Source: Octopus sinensis (lineage: Eukaryota). Taken from it: DNA of 64,000 nt. Position numbers and translations under genes: made by a program. The stretch covers positions 14,880,001-14,944,000 of the forward strand of contig NC_043023.1 of the NCBI RefSeq assembly GCF_006345805.1, in the 5' to 3' direction. The notes beneath the pieces were generated by a model. That model ran no database searches. It was not told the origin of the DNA and saw only the letters and a program-made list of their open reading frames with translations. Each line of letters begins with the position of its first letter. Positions within the stretch are counted from its first letter, which is position 1. Of this stretch, positions 1 through 13,488 are shown one piece after another.

Positions 1-253
1 TACATGGCACCAGCACTCGCAGGGTCACCAAGTAACTGGCAAGACAAAGACATTTTGAGAAGGGAGGAGGGCATTGAAGGAGATGATCTTGTGTTAGATG
101 ATGAAAGGTTATAGTGAAACAGAGAGACAGAAACAGGTGTCTTGCTGTAAGAGGAGGGGACATGGTTACCCAGCTGATCTAAATTAAAACCATCAAAATT
201 TCTTATTAACTTGTATTCTATAGTTCAGCTTAACCACTTGATGCTGGTATTAT

Positions 254-487
254 CAAACAAAATGCCCCAAAAAGCTACACGTTTGCATTATGTTATATAT
301 ACAATAATAATGAAGGACGTTACCGTATACATTTTTACAAACTAAGGACATTATATAGACCTCATTGACTCAAGTTAGAGAAGGGGTGCGTATTATACAC
401 AAGGTTTAGGTTTTTCAGAGGTACAGCTCCCTAAAAATCCCCTGCGTATTATACTCAAGGGTGGACTATACTCGAGGATTTACGATA
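254..487. mobile_element. Terminal fragment of a Tc2/pogo-like DNA transposon
   Basis: Matches 60287-60508. The terminus ...tatactcgaggatttacg(g/a)ta resembles Tc2-type TIRs from memory. Confidence 0.5.
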
Positions 488-694
488 ATTCAAATCAATG
501 TACATCAATACTCATTACATCTGATAGACTAATCTGAGTGTTAAAGGGTTAAGAAAAAGGACCTCTTTTAGCTTTTTGCCCATTTCACAACCTTTCCCCA
601 CCAATTAAGGGTTAGAAGATATACATGCAACCTTTTCTCGACCAATTAAGGGTCGAAAGACAACAAAGGAAGCCAATATCCAGGCACCACTTAC

Positions 695-767
695 CATGTG
701 TCTCTGTAGTATGCTCCGACTTTTCATAAACTTTAAACAAAATTCACATATGTACAATTTTGGTAAT
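695..767 (-). CDS. KAT6A/KAT6B: KAT6 coding exon 9: MYST C2HC zinc-finger segment
   Basis: (R)[24 protein letters not shown]; acceptor tttgctttccag, donor ATG|gtaagt; 73 nt. Confidence 0.96.
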
Positions 768-3700
768 CTGGAAAGCAAAAGAGAAAACATCATTAAGAGA
801 GGACTAATTACAGCTAAAGTAATTTATTTTCTTCGTTTTGGGATTTGGATTGCAAGATTCTTTATATGAGTATTGTAGCATATTCTGTTGTGTCTGGGGA
901 GAGTCATTTTCTTTTTGTGACTTATAAATAACAGACAGAGTCAAGACTATTGAAAAGGTTGGAAGACACAATGAAAATTTTAGGAAAATAAAAGTAAGAA
1001 ATAAGTGGAAATTTTACCGGTGAGTGTGTTACATTAGAAGGCACAAAAAGAAAGTGACTCTCTCCAGACACAACAGAATAATTAATTTTCATTATGTTAC
1101 AATTAGTAAGAGGCTGCCAGTTCACTCCTACTGTGCAGCAGCATTTTGGACAGGTGTCTTTACGTGATTGCTTTGGGGGTGTTGAACGCCTTTCCAGTGA
1201 AAAGGCATCTCTCTGCCCTCATACGTGTGTGTGTGTATGTGGCGAGAGAGAGTTCAAGCGAGAGAGGAGAGAGCAAGCAAAAGAGAAGAGAGAGAGAACA
1301 TAAGCAAAAGAAAGTGGAGAATAGTATTAGTAAGAAATAAAGAACCCCCTTCGGTCACGAATGACCATGAGGTTGAGCCTGCAATGTTCCCCTCCAAGGT
1401 ACGAGTCTGGGAAAAGTTGTTCGTGGAAGACCAACAGTTGCTCCTGCATACCCCCCCCACACTGATGTTATCCAAGGGAAAGGCAAAGGGGCCAATACAG
1501 CTTGGCACCAGTGACGTCACAACCCATTTCTACAGATGAGTGAACTGGAGCAACGTGAAATAAAAGGTCTTGCTCAGGAACACAACACACAGCCTGGTCC
1601 AGGAATCAAACTCACAACCTCACGATCGTCAGCTCGATGCTCTAACCACTGAGCCATGTGCCTTCAGTTAGTAGTAGTGGTGGTGGTGGTAGTGGTGGTG
1701 GTAGTAGTAGTGTGGTGGTAGTAGTAGTGGTGGTGGTAGTAATAGTGGTGGTAGTAATAGTGGTAGTAGTAGTAGTGGTGGTAGTGGTGGTGGTAGTGGT
1801 GGTGGTAGTGGTGGTGGTAGTAGTTATGGTAGTAGTGATGGTAGTGGTGGTAGTGGTGATGGTAGTGGTGAAGGTAGTAGTGATGGTAGTAGTGATGGTA
1901 GTAGTGATGGTAGTAGTGATGGTAGTAGTGATGGTAGTAGTGATGGTAGTAGTGGTGGTAGTAGCGGTGGTAGTAGCGGTGGTAGTAGCGATGGTAGTGG
2001 TGATGGTAGTGGTGGTAGTGGTGATGGTAGTGGTGAAGGTAGTAGTGATGGTAGTGGTGATGGTAGTAGTGGTGGTAGTGATGGTAGTAGTGATGGTAGT
2101 GGTGATGGTAGTGGTGAAGGTAGTAGTGATGGTAGTAGTGGTGGTAGTGATGGTAGTAGTGATGGTAGTGGTGGTAGTGGTGATGGTAGTAGTGGTGGTA
2201 GTGATGGTAGTAGTGGTGGTAGTGATGGTAGTAGTGGTGGTAGTGGTGATGGTAGTAGTGGTGGTAGTGATGGTAGTGGTGATGGTAGTGGTGAAGGTAG
2301 TAGTGATGGTAGTAGTGGTGGTAGTGTGGTAGTAGTGGTGGTAGTAGTGGTGGTAGTGATGGTAGTAGTGGTGGTAGTGATGGTAGTAGTGGTGGTAGTG
2401 GTGATGGTAGTAGTGGTGGTAGTAGTGATGGTAGTAGTGGTGGTAGTAGTGGTGGTAGTGATGGTAGTAGTGGTGGTAGTGATGGTAGTAGTGGTGGTAG
2501 TAGTGGTGGTAGTAGTGGTGGTAGTGATGGTAGTAGTGGTGGTGGTGATGGTAGTGGTGGTAGTGGTGATGGTAGTAGTGGTGGTAGTAGTGATGGTAGT
2601 AGTGGTGGTAGTAGTGATGGTAGTAGTGATGGTAGTAGTGGTGGTAGTGATGGTAGTAGTGGTGGTAGTAGTGGTGGTAGTAGTGGTGGTAGTGGTGATG
2701 GTAGTAGTGGTGGTAGTAGTGGTGGTAGTGATGGTAGTGGTGGTGGTAGTGGTGATGGTAGTGGTGGTAGTGATGGTGGTAGTGGTGGTAGTGATGGTAG
2801 TAGTGGTGGTAGTGATGGTAGTAGTGATGGTAGTAGTGGTGGTAGTGATGGTAGTAGTGGTGGTAGTGGTGTGGTAGTAGTGGTGGTAGTGGTGGTAGTG
2901 ATGGTAGTAGTGGTGGTAGTGGTGGTAGTGATGGTAGTAGTGGTGGTAGTGGTGATGGTAGTAGTGGTGGTAGTAGTGGTGGTAGTGATGGTAGTAGTGG
3001 TGGTAGTGATGGTAGTAGGGGTGGTAGTGGTGATGGTAGTAGCGATGGTAGTAGTGGTGGTAGTGGTGGTAGTGGCGATGGTAGTAGTGGTGGTAGTGGC
3101 GATGGTAGTAGTGTGGTAGTGGCGATGGTAGTAGTGGTGGTAGTGGCGATGGTAGTAGTGGGGTAGTGGTGATGGTAGTAGTGGTGGTAGTGGTGATGGT
3201 AGTGGTGGTAGTGGTGATGGTAGTAGTGGTGGTAGTGGTGATGGTAGTAGTGGTGGTAGTGGTGATGGTAGTAGTGGTGGTAGTGGTGATGGTAGTAGTG
3301 GTGGTAGTGGTGATGGTAGTAGTGGTGGTAGTGGTGATGGTAGTAGTGGGGGGTAGTGGTGGATGGTAGTAGTGGTGGTAGTGGTGATGGTAGTAGTGGT
3401 GGTAGTGGTGATGGTAGTAGTGGTGGTAGTAGTGATGGTAGTGGTGGTAGTGGTGATGGTAGTGGTGAAGGTAGTAGTAATGGTAGTAGCGATGGTAGTA
3501 GCGATGGTAGTAGTGACGGTAGTAATAGTGGTAGTAGTAGTATTAGCAGCAGTGGTGGTGGTGGTGATAGTAGTAGTAGTAAAACTACACAAACCTGGCA
3601 TATTCTTGAGGGTATGGCGAAGAGTACCAGGTCTGAATTTCATATTTGCCAAACTCTATGCATGGTGGAAAGCGTCCCTGAGTGTCTGGAGGTGTGTGTG

Positions 3701-6603
3701 ATGATGAGGAGGAGGTGGAGGAAGAGGAGGAAGAGGACGATGATAGGGGTGAACTTGGACAGGTGGGCATCGCAGTGCTCATCGCAGCAGCAGTGGTTGC
3801 CGTGGTGACTGTTGTCGTCGCCGTCGTCGTTGCGGTCGCCGCCCCAGCCGCAGCAGTGCTGCTCGACGCCATATTGGTGCTGGCATCCGTTGCCTCGCTG
3901 CCACTGCCACCAGACGTCTTCTTGTCGGACCCATTACACGAAGCCTGAAAATAGAAACGAAACATTACATTAGGTTATGGGTATTGGTTTTAATCCAGGG
4001 TTTCCCAACCATTTTTTTGCCTATGGACCCCTCTGGCTCCCATTTTACTCTGGTGGACCCCAACCAATGCCATTTGATGTTTAACCCTATTTCTTTACTA
4101 CCCACAAGGGGCTAAACACAGAGAGGACAAACAAGGACAGACAAACGGATTAAGTCGATTATATCGACCCCAGTGCATAACTGGTACTTATTTAATCGAC
4201 CCCAAAAGCATGAGAGGCAAAGTCGACATCGGAGGAATTTGAACCCAGAACGTAGCGGCAGACGAAATACCTATTTCTTTACTACCCACAAGGGGCTAAA
4301 CACAGGGAGGACAAACAACGACAGACAAACGGATTAAGTCGATTACATCAATCCCCAGTGCATAACTGGTACTTATTTAATCGACCCACAAAGGATGAAA
4401 GGCAAAGTCGACCTCGACGGAATTTGAACTCAGAAAGTAGCAGCAGACGAAATACCGCTAGGCATTTCGCCCGGCATGCTAACGCTTCTGCCAGCTCGCC
4501 GCCTTTTTGATGTTTAACCTTTTCAGCCATCATCATCATCATCATTTAACATCCATTTTCCTTGCTACCATGGGTTGGACAGGTTCTCTTAGAACTGATA
4601 AGCCAGCAAGCTGCACCAGGTTCCAGTTTAATTTGGCATGGTTTCTATGGTTGAATGCCCTTCCTAACGCCAACCACTCAAGAGTGTAGATGTAGAGACT
4701 CAAATACCTTAGGAATGAGACCCCAGGTTCAAAATTTCCCCAAGACACCTGATGAAAGCTGGAGAGCATATCAGCCGAAACGTGTTAACAACAAACAAGA
4801 TGAGGAGAAATATCCGTCAAATGTAAATATTGTACATAATTCCTCATCTCTTAAATATGTAACTGTATTCCTATAACACTGATTATTTTTCTCTTACCTC
4901 AAAGAGAGCCTGCTGGGCCTTTTCCTGAGCTCGTTTAAATAAATCAACATCCTTCTCGGTGACCCCAGGGGGCAGGGCTAGCGCTGCAGCGGCGGCTGCT
5001 GCCGCTGCTGCTGCTGCTGCTCGGTTGGTCTCTGCTGAATCTGAAAATAAACAGATAACAGTTATTCATATAATAAACATACGCAGATATAGAATTAGAT
5101 AAACGTATATGTACACACAAAAATTACATACATATAATTATTAATCAATACCCACATATGTGTATACATTGTGTTTGTGTGTGTGTATCATATATACATA
5201 TATATAATTATTAATTAACATTAATCAATAATTATAATATATTAATTAATAGCCACATGTGTGTATATGCATATAAATACATACAAATTGTAAATTAATG
5301 ATTATGTATCCATGTATGTTTATATTTTTTTGGTAATTTTAATAAGGAATGGTCAAATAGCCCACTGATCAATGTAGTACTCAATACATTCCTAAACACA
5401 GAGTATATTATATTTGTTTTCATATGGGACCATACAATGAGCACACTGTTTCATAAGCTACACACGATCATCAGTGGAGATCAAAAATGACTTCAGAGAA
5501 ATATTTCACAAACATTTCTATATGAATCATATTAGAAAAATAAAGGGGACGAAAAAAAAAACTGAAAAAAATTATCTAAGTTTAGGAGAAATTATTTGAA
5601 GCACATAGGTATAAAGATATAGTGGATAGTGTTATCATAGGAGTGAATTTTAGTAGGGAGCAAAAAGGGACAAATATGGAGTTCAGGGAAAGGAAGAAGG
5701 CAAGAGAAAAGAGGCAACATCACTCGTGACATATCTAACAGTTAAATAATTTTGGAGTGGCTGTGTGGTAAGTAGCTTGCTTACCAACCACATGGTTCCG
5801 GGTTCAGTCCCACTGCATGGCACCTTGAGCAAGTGTCTTCTACTATAGCCTCGGGCCGACCAAAGCCTTGTGAGTGGATTTGGTAGACAGAAACTGAAAG
5901 AAGCCTGTCACGCGCGTGCGTGCGTGTGCGCGTCTGTGTTTGTCCCCCCACAACATCGCTTGACAACCGATGCTGGTGTGTTTACGTCCCCATAACTTAG
6001 TGGTTTGGCAAGAGACAGACAGAATAAGTACTAGGCTTGCAAAGAATAAGTCCTGGGGTCGATTTGCTCAACTAAAGGCGGCGCTCCAGCGTGGCCAGAG
6101 TCAAATGACTAAAACAAGTAAAAGAGTAAAAGATGTGTGTGTGTGGAGGCACATGGACTGGTGTCCCATCCAGCTGGGGAACACATACGCCATGGAAACC
6201 AGGAAAACGGGCCCATAAGCCTGGCTAGGCTTTAAAAGGGCGCATTTATATATGTATGTATGTATGTGTGCGTGTGTGTGTGTGTATTTTCTTTTCCTTT
6301 CTAAATGTTAGTCATTTCACTGCAGCCATGCTGGGCAAATGCCTTGAAGAATGTTTAGTTGCATGAATCAACTCCAGTAGTTCTCTTTTACTCTTTTACT
6401 TGTTTCAGTCATTTGACTGCGGCCATGCTGGAGCACCGCCTTTAGTCGAGCAACTCAACCCCGGGACTTATTCTTTTTGTAAGCCCAGTACTTATTCTAT
6501 CGGTCTCTTTTTGCCGAACCGCTAAGTAACGGGGACATAAACACACCAGCATCGGTTGTCAAGCAATGCTAGGGGGACAAACACAGACACACAAACACAC
6601 ACA

Positions 6604-6643
<40 letters not shown>

Positions 6644-7143
6644 TACGACGGGCTTCTTTCAGTTCCTGTCTACCAAATCCACTCACAAGGCTTTGGTCGG
6701 CCCGAGGCTATAGTAGAAGACACTTGCCCAAGGTGCCACGCAGTGGAACTGAACCCAGAACCATGTGGCTGGTAAACAAGCTACTTACCACACAACCACT
6801 CCTGCGCCTAGTTGTTTTGTTTTTTTTCAGCATGGCATTATCAGTCTCTTTTCACTGAACCACTAAGTCACAGGAAAGTAAACAAACACCAACTGTCAAG
6901 TAGTGGTGGGGAACAAACACACACACACACACATACATGCACAGACACGTTACGGAATTTTTCCAGTTTCTGTCTACCAAATCCACTCGGTCAAAAGCGA
7001 AAGTAGAAAACACATCCCCAAGATGGCACACAGTAGGACTGAACCTGGAACCATGTGGTTGGGAAGCAAGCATCTTACCACACAGCCATACCTACACCTG
7101 TGTGTGTGCGTGTGTGTATAATAGATATAATCAAATATGTTTG

Positions 7144-7186
<43 letters not shown>

Positions 7187-8523
7187 AAATTCACGATTCA
7201 TTAAAATTATCTCTAACTAGAGGATGTCATAATTACCAAATTGCAATTAAAACTAGTTCCACAGGAGGAAGGGAGATAATCCCTAGATTCAAGAACTCTC
7301 CAAAACTAACCTGCCGCTATGGAAAGGGGCAAATTTATTACCCAGAGATAAGAAGGACTGTTGTGGGCATGTGCTTCGGCTTCAATAACCATCGTCAGCA
7401 CAACCTCCTTAACTCATCAACAGCAGCCAAGAGACAGCTATTTCATAGAAAGAGAACAGGTTGAAGGTGTAAATTCACAAGATTATCTCCCCTTTGCAGA
7501 TAGAGTTGTCTTATTTGCCATGTAATAATTATCACATATTTTAGAGGCAAAAAATACCGAACCACATGGTTTAAGGTTCAATCCCACTGCATGGCACCTT
7601 GAGCAACTGTCTTCTACTATAGCTGGGTTTCCCACCCCTTGAGGGTGCAAGATAGCAGGGATGGATTTATAGGGGAACAAAGAGGGCAATTGCCCTGGGT
7701 ACCTTTATTCTTATATAAATTATTATTTTAAAGGGTGCATGAGCACATTAAAAGCTTTTAGGGGTGTGGGGCATAAAAAAGGTTGGGAACCCCTGCACTA
7801 TAGCCTCAGGCCTACCAAAGGCCTTGTGAGTGGATCTGTCCTCTTATTTTCACATAATACATGTGTCCTTTTCCATAATGGCATGTCAGTTTTCGAGACC
7901 TTTTGAATCATGAAGTTATCTCCCCTCCAAGTGGAAATAGTCATAATTGCCATTTGGAGATTAATTATGACAAATCCTTTTTGGGGATCCACAGGAGTAT
8001 TTTAAGGGTCCATAAAAAATGTTGCTCTACTGCAAGAAAGCTAAATTTCTTTCTCAAACTAGGCCTCACAGAAGCAATGACTAGTGACCGAGGCCTTTGG
8101 AAATATGCTGTGCGCGAGAAGACCCGGCAAGACAAGTGAGATCATAACCCGTGGCCTTTACCAAGGGTGTAGCCAGCCCACTTATGCATACCTTTCCTTC
8201 TTTGGAGACTAAACCCTGCTTGCAAAGACCTGTTGGGGCAAGTGAAATCAAAATTGAACCAAATTCGATGACTGGCACCCGTGCCAGTGGAGCACTAGCA
8301 GCACCATCAGAGCGGGATCACTGCCAGGGCAGCTGTCTGGCTTCTGTGCCAATGGCACGTAAAAAGCACCATTTGAGCGTGATCGTTACCAGCGTCGCCT
8401 TGTACTTATTCTATTGGTTTCTTTTTGCCAAACTGCTAGGTTACAGGGACGTAAACACACCAGAACTAGTTGTCAAGCAGTGGTGGTAGGACAAAACACT
8501 GACACAAAGATACACACACACAC

Positions 8524-8562
<39 letters not shown>

Positions 8563-9062
8563 GGAGTAAATCCAAACTTACAGGGAAAAATTAGATTTAG
8601 GATTAAATCCAATTTTACAGTATAAATATATATATTAAATTAGAGATAAAACCACTATTAGGCAAATCAAATAATTTAAATTTTGAATTTTATATATTAT
8701 ATTAATTTATTTCTATGTTTTGGTTTATGTTTTTCACTGTTTGATTTGCCTTATAAATTAAAGTTAATATTTAACATTATAGTCGATTTCGATATAATCA
8801 TATTTAATAATAGAGTTTATTATAAGTAAATTATTATTTTAGATTATATAGATTATTTATATCTTAAAAATATTGATTATATTTTAGGTTTTGAAACCAC
8901 CTGAAGAATGTCTACTACTCAAAGATGTGATGAAAGAAGACATGAAACGATCGTAGTGGATATTAATAATTGTTAAATTTCTAAATAATATAAATTAATT
9001 TATGTATTGGCTTAAGTCTTTCTTTGTTTGATTTGCATAATAGTGGTTTTGTCTCTAATTTA

Positions 9063-9100
<38 letters not shown>

Positions 9101-9971
9101 CATACACACATACATACATACACACAACGAGTTTCTTTTAGTTTCCATGTACCAAATGCACTCACAAGGCTTTCGTCGGCCAAAGGCTATAGTAGAAGGC
9201 ACTTACCAAGGTGCCACGCAGTGGGACTGAACCTGGAACTATGACATTAGGAAATATATATAAATCCACATGTATATCATTTACTAATGAGCATCAGCAA
9301 GAAACTAAAGTGAAAGAAAAGCTGGAGCAATCTGGTACTCCCTAATGAAATGCAGATTACCGGGGGGCTGCCTGCTGGAAATTTGTAATCAACAATGTGA
9401 TTAAGCATAAATTGTAATTATAACACAAAGGTAATTTAATTAAGTGAAACAGCGACATAGACAGCAGGCAAAGTTTCATGCAAATATGGCACAGGACCAA
9501 GATGCTTGGACGAAATCTAAGTCTAATATTTATAGACCACACCCAACAAACCAACATGTCAGTCAGCATGGAGGGGGAAGAGGAAAGAGAAAAAAAGATG
9601 CAGTCATTGATAGTGTGTGCTTCCCTGTGTGTGTGTGTGAAAATGTGTGAGGGTGAGAGAGTGTGTGTGTGTGTGAGATTGCATGTGTAAGAGGATGTGT
9701 GTGTGAGAGTGAGTGTATGAGAGAATGTGTATAAATGAGTGTATGAGAAAGAGAGAGTGTGTGAGAGAGTGAGGGGAATGTGAGAGTGCAAGAAAAAGAG
9801 AGAGAGAGGGAGGGAGTATGTGCATAAGAATGTGTGTGTGTGTGTGTGTGTGTGAGAGAAAGGAAGAATGTGTGTATGTGTGTGAAAGAGATAGAATGTG
9901 TGTGTGAGAAAGGAAGAATGTGTGAGTTTGTGTGTGTGTGCGAGAGAGATAGAATGTGTGTGAAAGAAAGG

Positions 9972-10011
<40 letters not shown>

Positions 10012-10119
10012 TAGAATGTGTGTGTGTGTGAAAGAGATAGAATGTGTGTGTGAGAAAGGAAGAATGTGTGAGTTTGTGTGTGTGTGTGCGAGAGAGATAG
10101 AATGTGTGTGAAAGAAAGG

Positions 10120-10160
<41 letters not shown>

Positions 10161-10361
10161 AGAGATAGAATGTGTGTGTGAGAGAGAAAGGAAGAATGTG
10201 TATGTGTGTGAGAGAGAGATAGAATGTGTGTGAAAGAAAGGAAGAGTGTGTGTGTGTGTGTGTGTGAGAGAGATAGAATGTGTGTGTGAAAGAGATAGAA
10301 TGTGTGTGAGAGAAAGGAAGAATGTGTGTGTGTGTGTGTGTGAGAGAGAAAGGAAGAATGT

Positions 10362-10398
<37 letters not shown>

Positions 10399-10808
10399 AG
10401 ATAGAATGTGTGTGTGAAAGAGATAGAATGTGTGTGTGTGTGAGAGAGATAGAATGTGTGTGAGAGAAAGGAAGAATGTGTGTGTGTGTGTGTGTGTGAG
10501 CTTCTCAACAACAGACATGCAACAAGAAAAAAAAAATTTAACAAAAACACAAACAAGTTATACTCAAAACCAATGCAAACAGAAAGCAGAAAAGACAGAG
10601 AAAAACAAGGAGAGAGAGAGGGGGGGAGGGAGGGAGAGGGAGGGAGGGAGATTGGCAAGTCCATGCAGGAGAGGTGGTGGGAGGCAGAGGGGGGAGGGGG
10701 GGGGGGTGAAGTTGTATTGAGGTGGTGGCAGGGAAGGCAGGAGTGATGGAGAAACAGCAGTGGTGGTGGTGGTGGTGAGATGTGTAAAGAGAAAGAGAAA
10801 GAAGAGGA

Positions 10809-10839
<31 letters not shown>

Positions 10840-11097
10840 AGAGAAGGGGTCATGCAAGTGTAAATGTGCCAGGACAAAACAGGGGTCGTGGAGGAGGAAA
10901 TAGGGAGCCACAGCTGAATAAGGTTTACACAGCAACTAAATAAAAAAAAAAAAGGGGGGGGGGGACTAAGAACAACAAGGTAAAACAGCAGAGGGAGTAG
11001 GTGGTAATAATAGTAATAATAATAATTGTTGTTGTTGTTGTTGTGGTGGTGGTGGTGGTGGTGGTGGTGAGATGTGTAAAGAGAAAGAGAAAGAAGA

Positions 11098-11136
<39 letters not shown>

Positions 11137-13350
11137 GGTCATGCAAGTGTAAATGTGCCAGGACAAAACAGGGGTCGTGGAGGAGGAAATAGGGAGCCAC
11201 AGCTGAATAAGGTTTACACAGCAACTAAATAAAAAAAAAAAAGGGGGGGACTAAGAACAACAAGGTAAAACAGCAGAGGGAGTAGGTGGTAATAATAGTA
11301 ATAATAATAATTGTGTTGTTGTTGTTGTGGTGGTGGTGGAAAATAATCTTATTCTGCTATAGGTAAAAGGCCTGAAATTTGGGGAGAGGAGGACTAGCCG
11401 ATGACATGGACCCAGCGCTTAACTGGTATTGATTTCATCAACCCCGAAAGGAGGAAAATGTGATAGCAACGATAATCTATATAAAACTGAAGTTGTGTGA
11501 GAGTCTGTCTACTCCGATTTAGATTTCTAACTACTCCCACATTTTGCGGTGCAGTTTAACCAAAAGCGGGTATCTTATAGTCGTGATTCATATCGAGCCC
11601 TTCTGGGTATTAGCGCGTGTCTACGATGAGTCTACGATTTAAAAAAAAATTTACCATCATTTTTCCGCATTTTTAATGCATTTTTGCTCGGTTTATATAA
11701 GGGAAGTAACTCTCTAAAAATGCTTATATAGTTATTTCCCTTACAAACCCGAGCAACGCCGGGCGATACTGCTAGTGGAATTTAAAACCTAAAATTGAAC
11801 AAAAAAAAAAGTCGAAAGCAAGAATTGAACCTCAGTACTTGAGCAGAGTTTTGTAAAATAGACCGTGAATGCCATGTGTGTGTGTGTGTGTGTGAGAGAA
11901 AGTGTGTGTCTAGAAAAGGTGTGTGGCTTAGTGGTTATGGTATCCGGCCCATGACTTGAAAGTCATGGGTTCAATACCTGCTGACATATTTGTCTTCCTC
12001 AGCAAGACATTCCATTTCATGCCGCTCCAGTCTACGCAGCTGGCGAAAATTGAGTTGTATCTATATTTCAAAGGGCCAGCCTCATTACTTCGTGTCATGC
12101 TGAATATCCCCGAGAATTACATCAAGGGTACGCGTGTCTGTGGAGCGCTCAGCCACTTATGTGTTAATTTCACAAGCAGGCTGTTCTATCGATCGGATGG
12201 CCAGCCTCGTTACTTTGTGTCATGCTGAATATCCCCGAGAGTTACATCAAGGGTACGCGTGTCTGTGGAGCACTCAGCCACTTATATGCTAATTTCACGA
12301 GCAGGCTGTTCTATCGATCGGATCAACAGGAATCTGTCGTCATAACCAACAGAGCCCCAGTGGTGTGTTCTGTCCTTGAGCAAGACACTTCATTCCACGT
12401 TGCTCCAGTCCACTCAGCTGGCGAAAATGAGTTACAGCTGTAATTCAAAGGGCCAGCCTTTTCGCACCCTGTGCCATGCTGAACCTCCTCGAGACTACAT
12501 TAAGGGTATGCATGTCTGTTGAGTACTCAGTCACTTGTAAATTAATTTCAAAAGCAGGCTGTTCTGTTGATCAAATCAGCTGAAACCCTCATTCTTCATA
12601 ATCAACGGAGGGCCAGTTTTTGTGTATCCTTGAGCAAGACAATTTATTTCATGTTTCCCTCCAAACCACTCAGCTTGCAAAAATGAACAGTACCCGTATT
12701 TCAAAAGGGTCAGGCACGTCAGGTGCAGGAGTGGCTGTGTGGTAAGTAGCTTGTTTACCAACCACATGGTTCCAGGTTCAGTCCCACTGCGTGGCACCTT
12801 GGGCAAGTGTCTTCTACTATAGCCTCGGGCCAACCAAAGCCTTGTGAGTGGATTTGGTAGACGGAAAACTGAAAGAAGCCCATCGTATATATGTGTGTGT
12901 GTATATATATATACGCGTGTGTGTGTGCTTGTGTGTCTGTGTTTGTCCTCCTAGCATTGCTTGACAACCGATGCTGGTGTGTTTATGTCCCCGTTACTTA
13001 GCGGTTCAGCAAAAGAGACCGATAGGATAAGTACTGGGCTTGCAAAAGAATAAGCCCCGGGGTCGAATTGCTCGATTAAAGGCAGTGCTCCAGCATGGCC
13101 GCAGTCAAATGACTGAAACAAGTAAAAGAGAGAGAGAGTAAAGAGTCAGATTGTGTCACGCTGAATCCCCAAGAACCACGCCAAGAGCACACATGGTGTC
13201 TGTGGAGCGCTCAGCCGCATGCACATTACTTTCACAAGCAGGTCATTCCGTTGATCAGATCAACTGGATCACACAGCGTTGTAACCAATGGGTTATCAGT
13301 CTCCGTGTGTGTGTATATATATGTGTGTATATATATAATATATATATATA

Positions 13351-13386
<36 letters not shown>

Positions 13387-13454
13387 ATATGTGTGTGTGT
13401 GTGTGTGTGTGTGTGTTGTGTGTGTGTGTGTGTGTATGTATATATATATATATA

Positions 13455-13488
<34 letters not shown>

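Noticed and set aside
1658-3701. Long poly-Val, poly-Thr, Pro/Leu and His/Tyr ORFs (up to 662 aa)
   Set aside because: These are readings of the intronic trinucleotide array; the real exon ends at the 3595 donor.
10620-10710. G-quadruplex-capable G runs
   Set aside because: Part of ordinary low-complexity sequence, with no independent sign of function.
9357-10935. 506-aa and 304-aa His/Thr/Leu/Ser ORFs
   Set aside because: Translation of (CA)n/(CT)n minisatellite.
10925-11224. Possible duplicated KAT6 exon ([12 protein letters not shown]...) after a T-rich acceptor
   Set aside because: No donor and no KAT6 similarity; exons 6 and 7 already join in frame.
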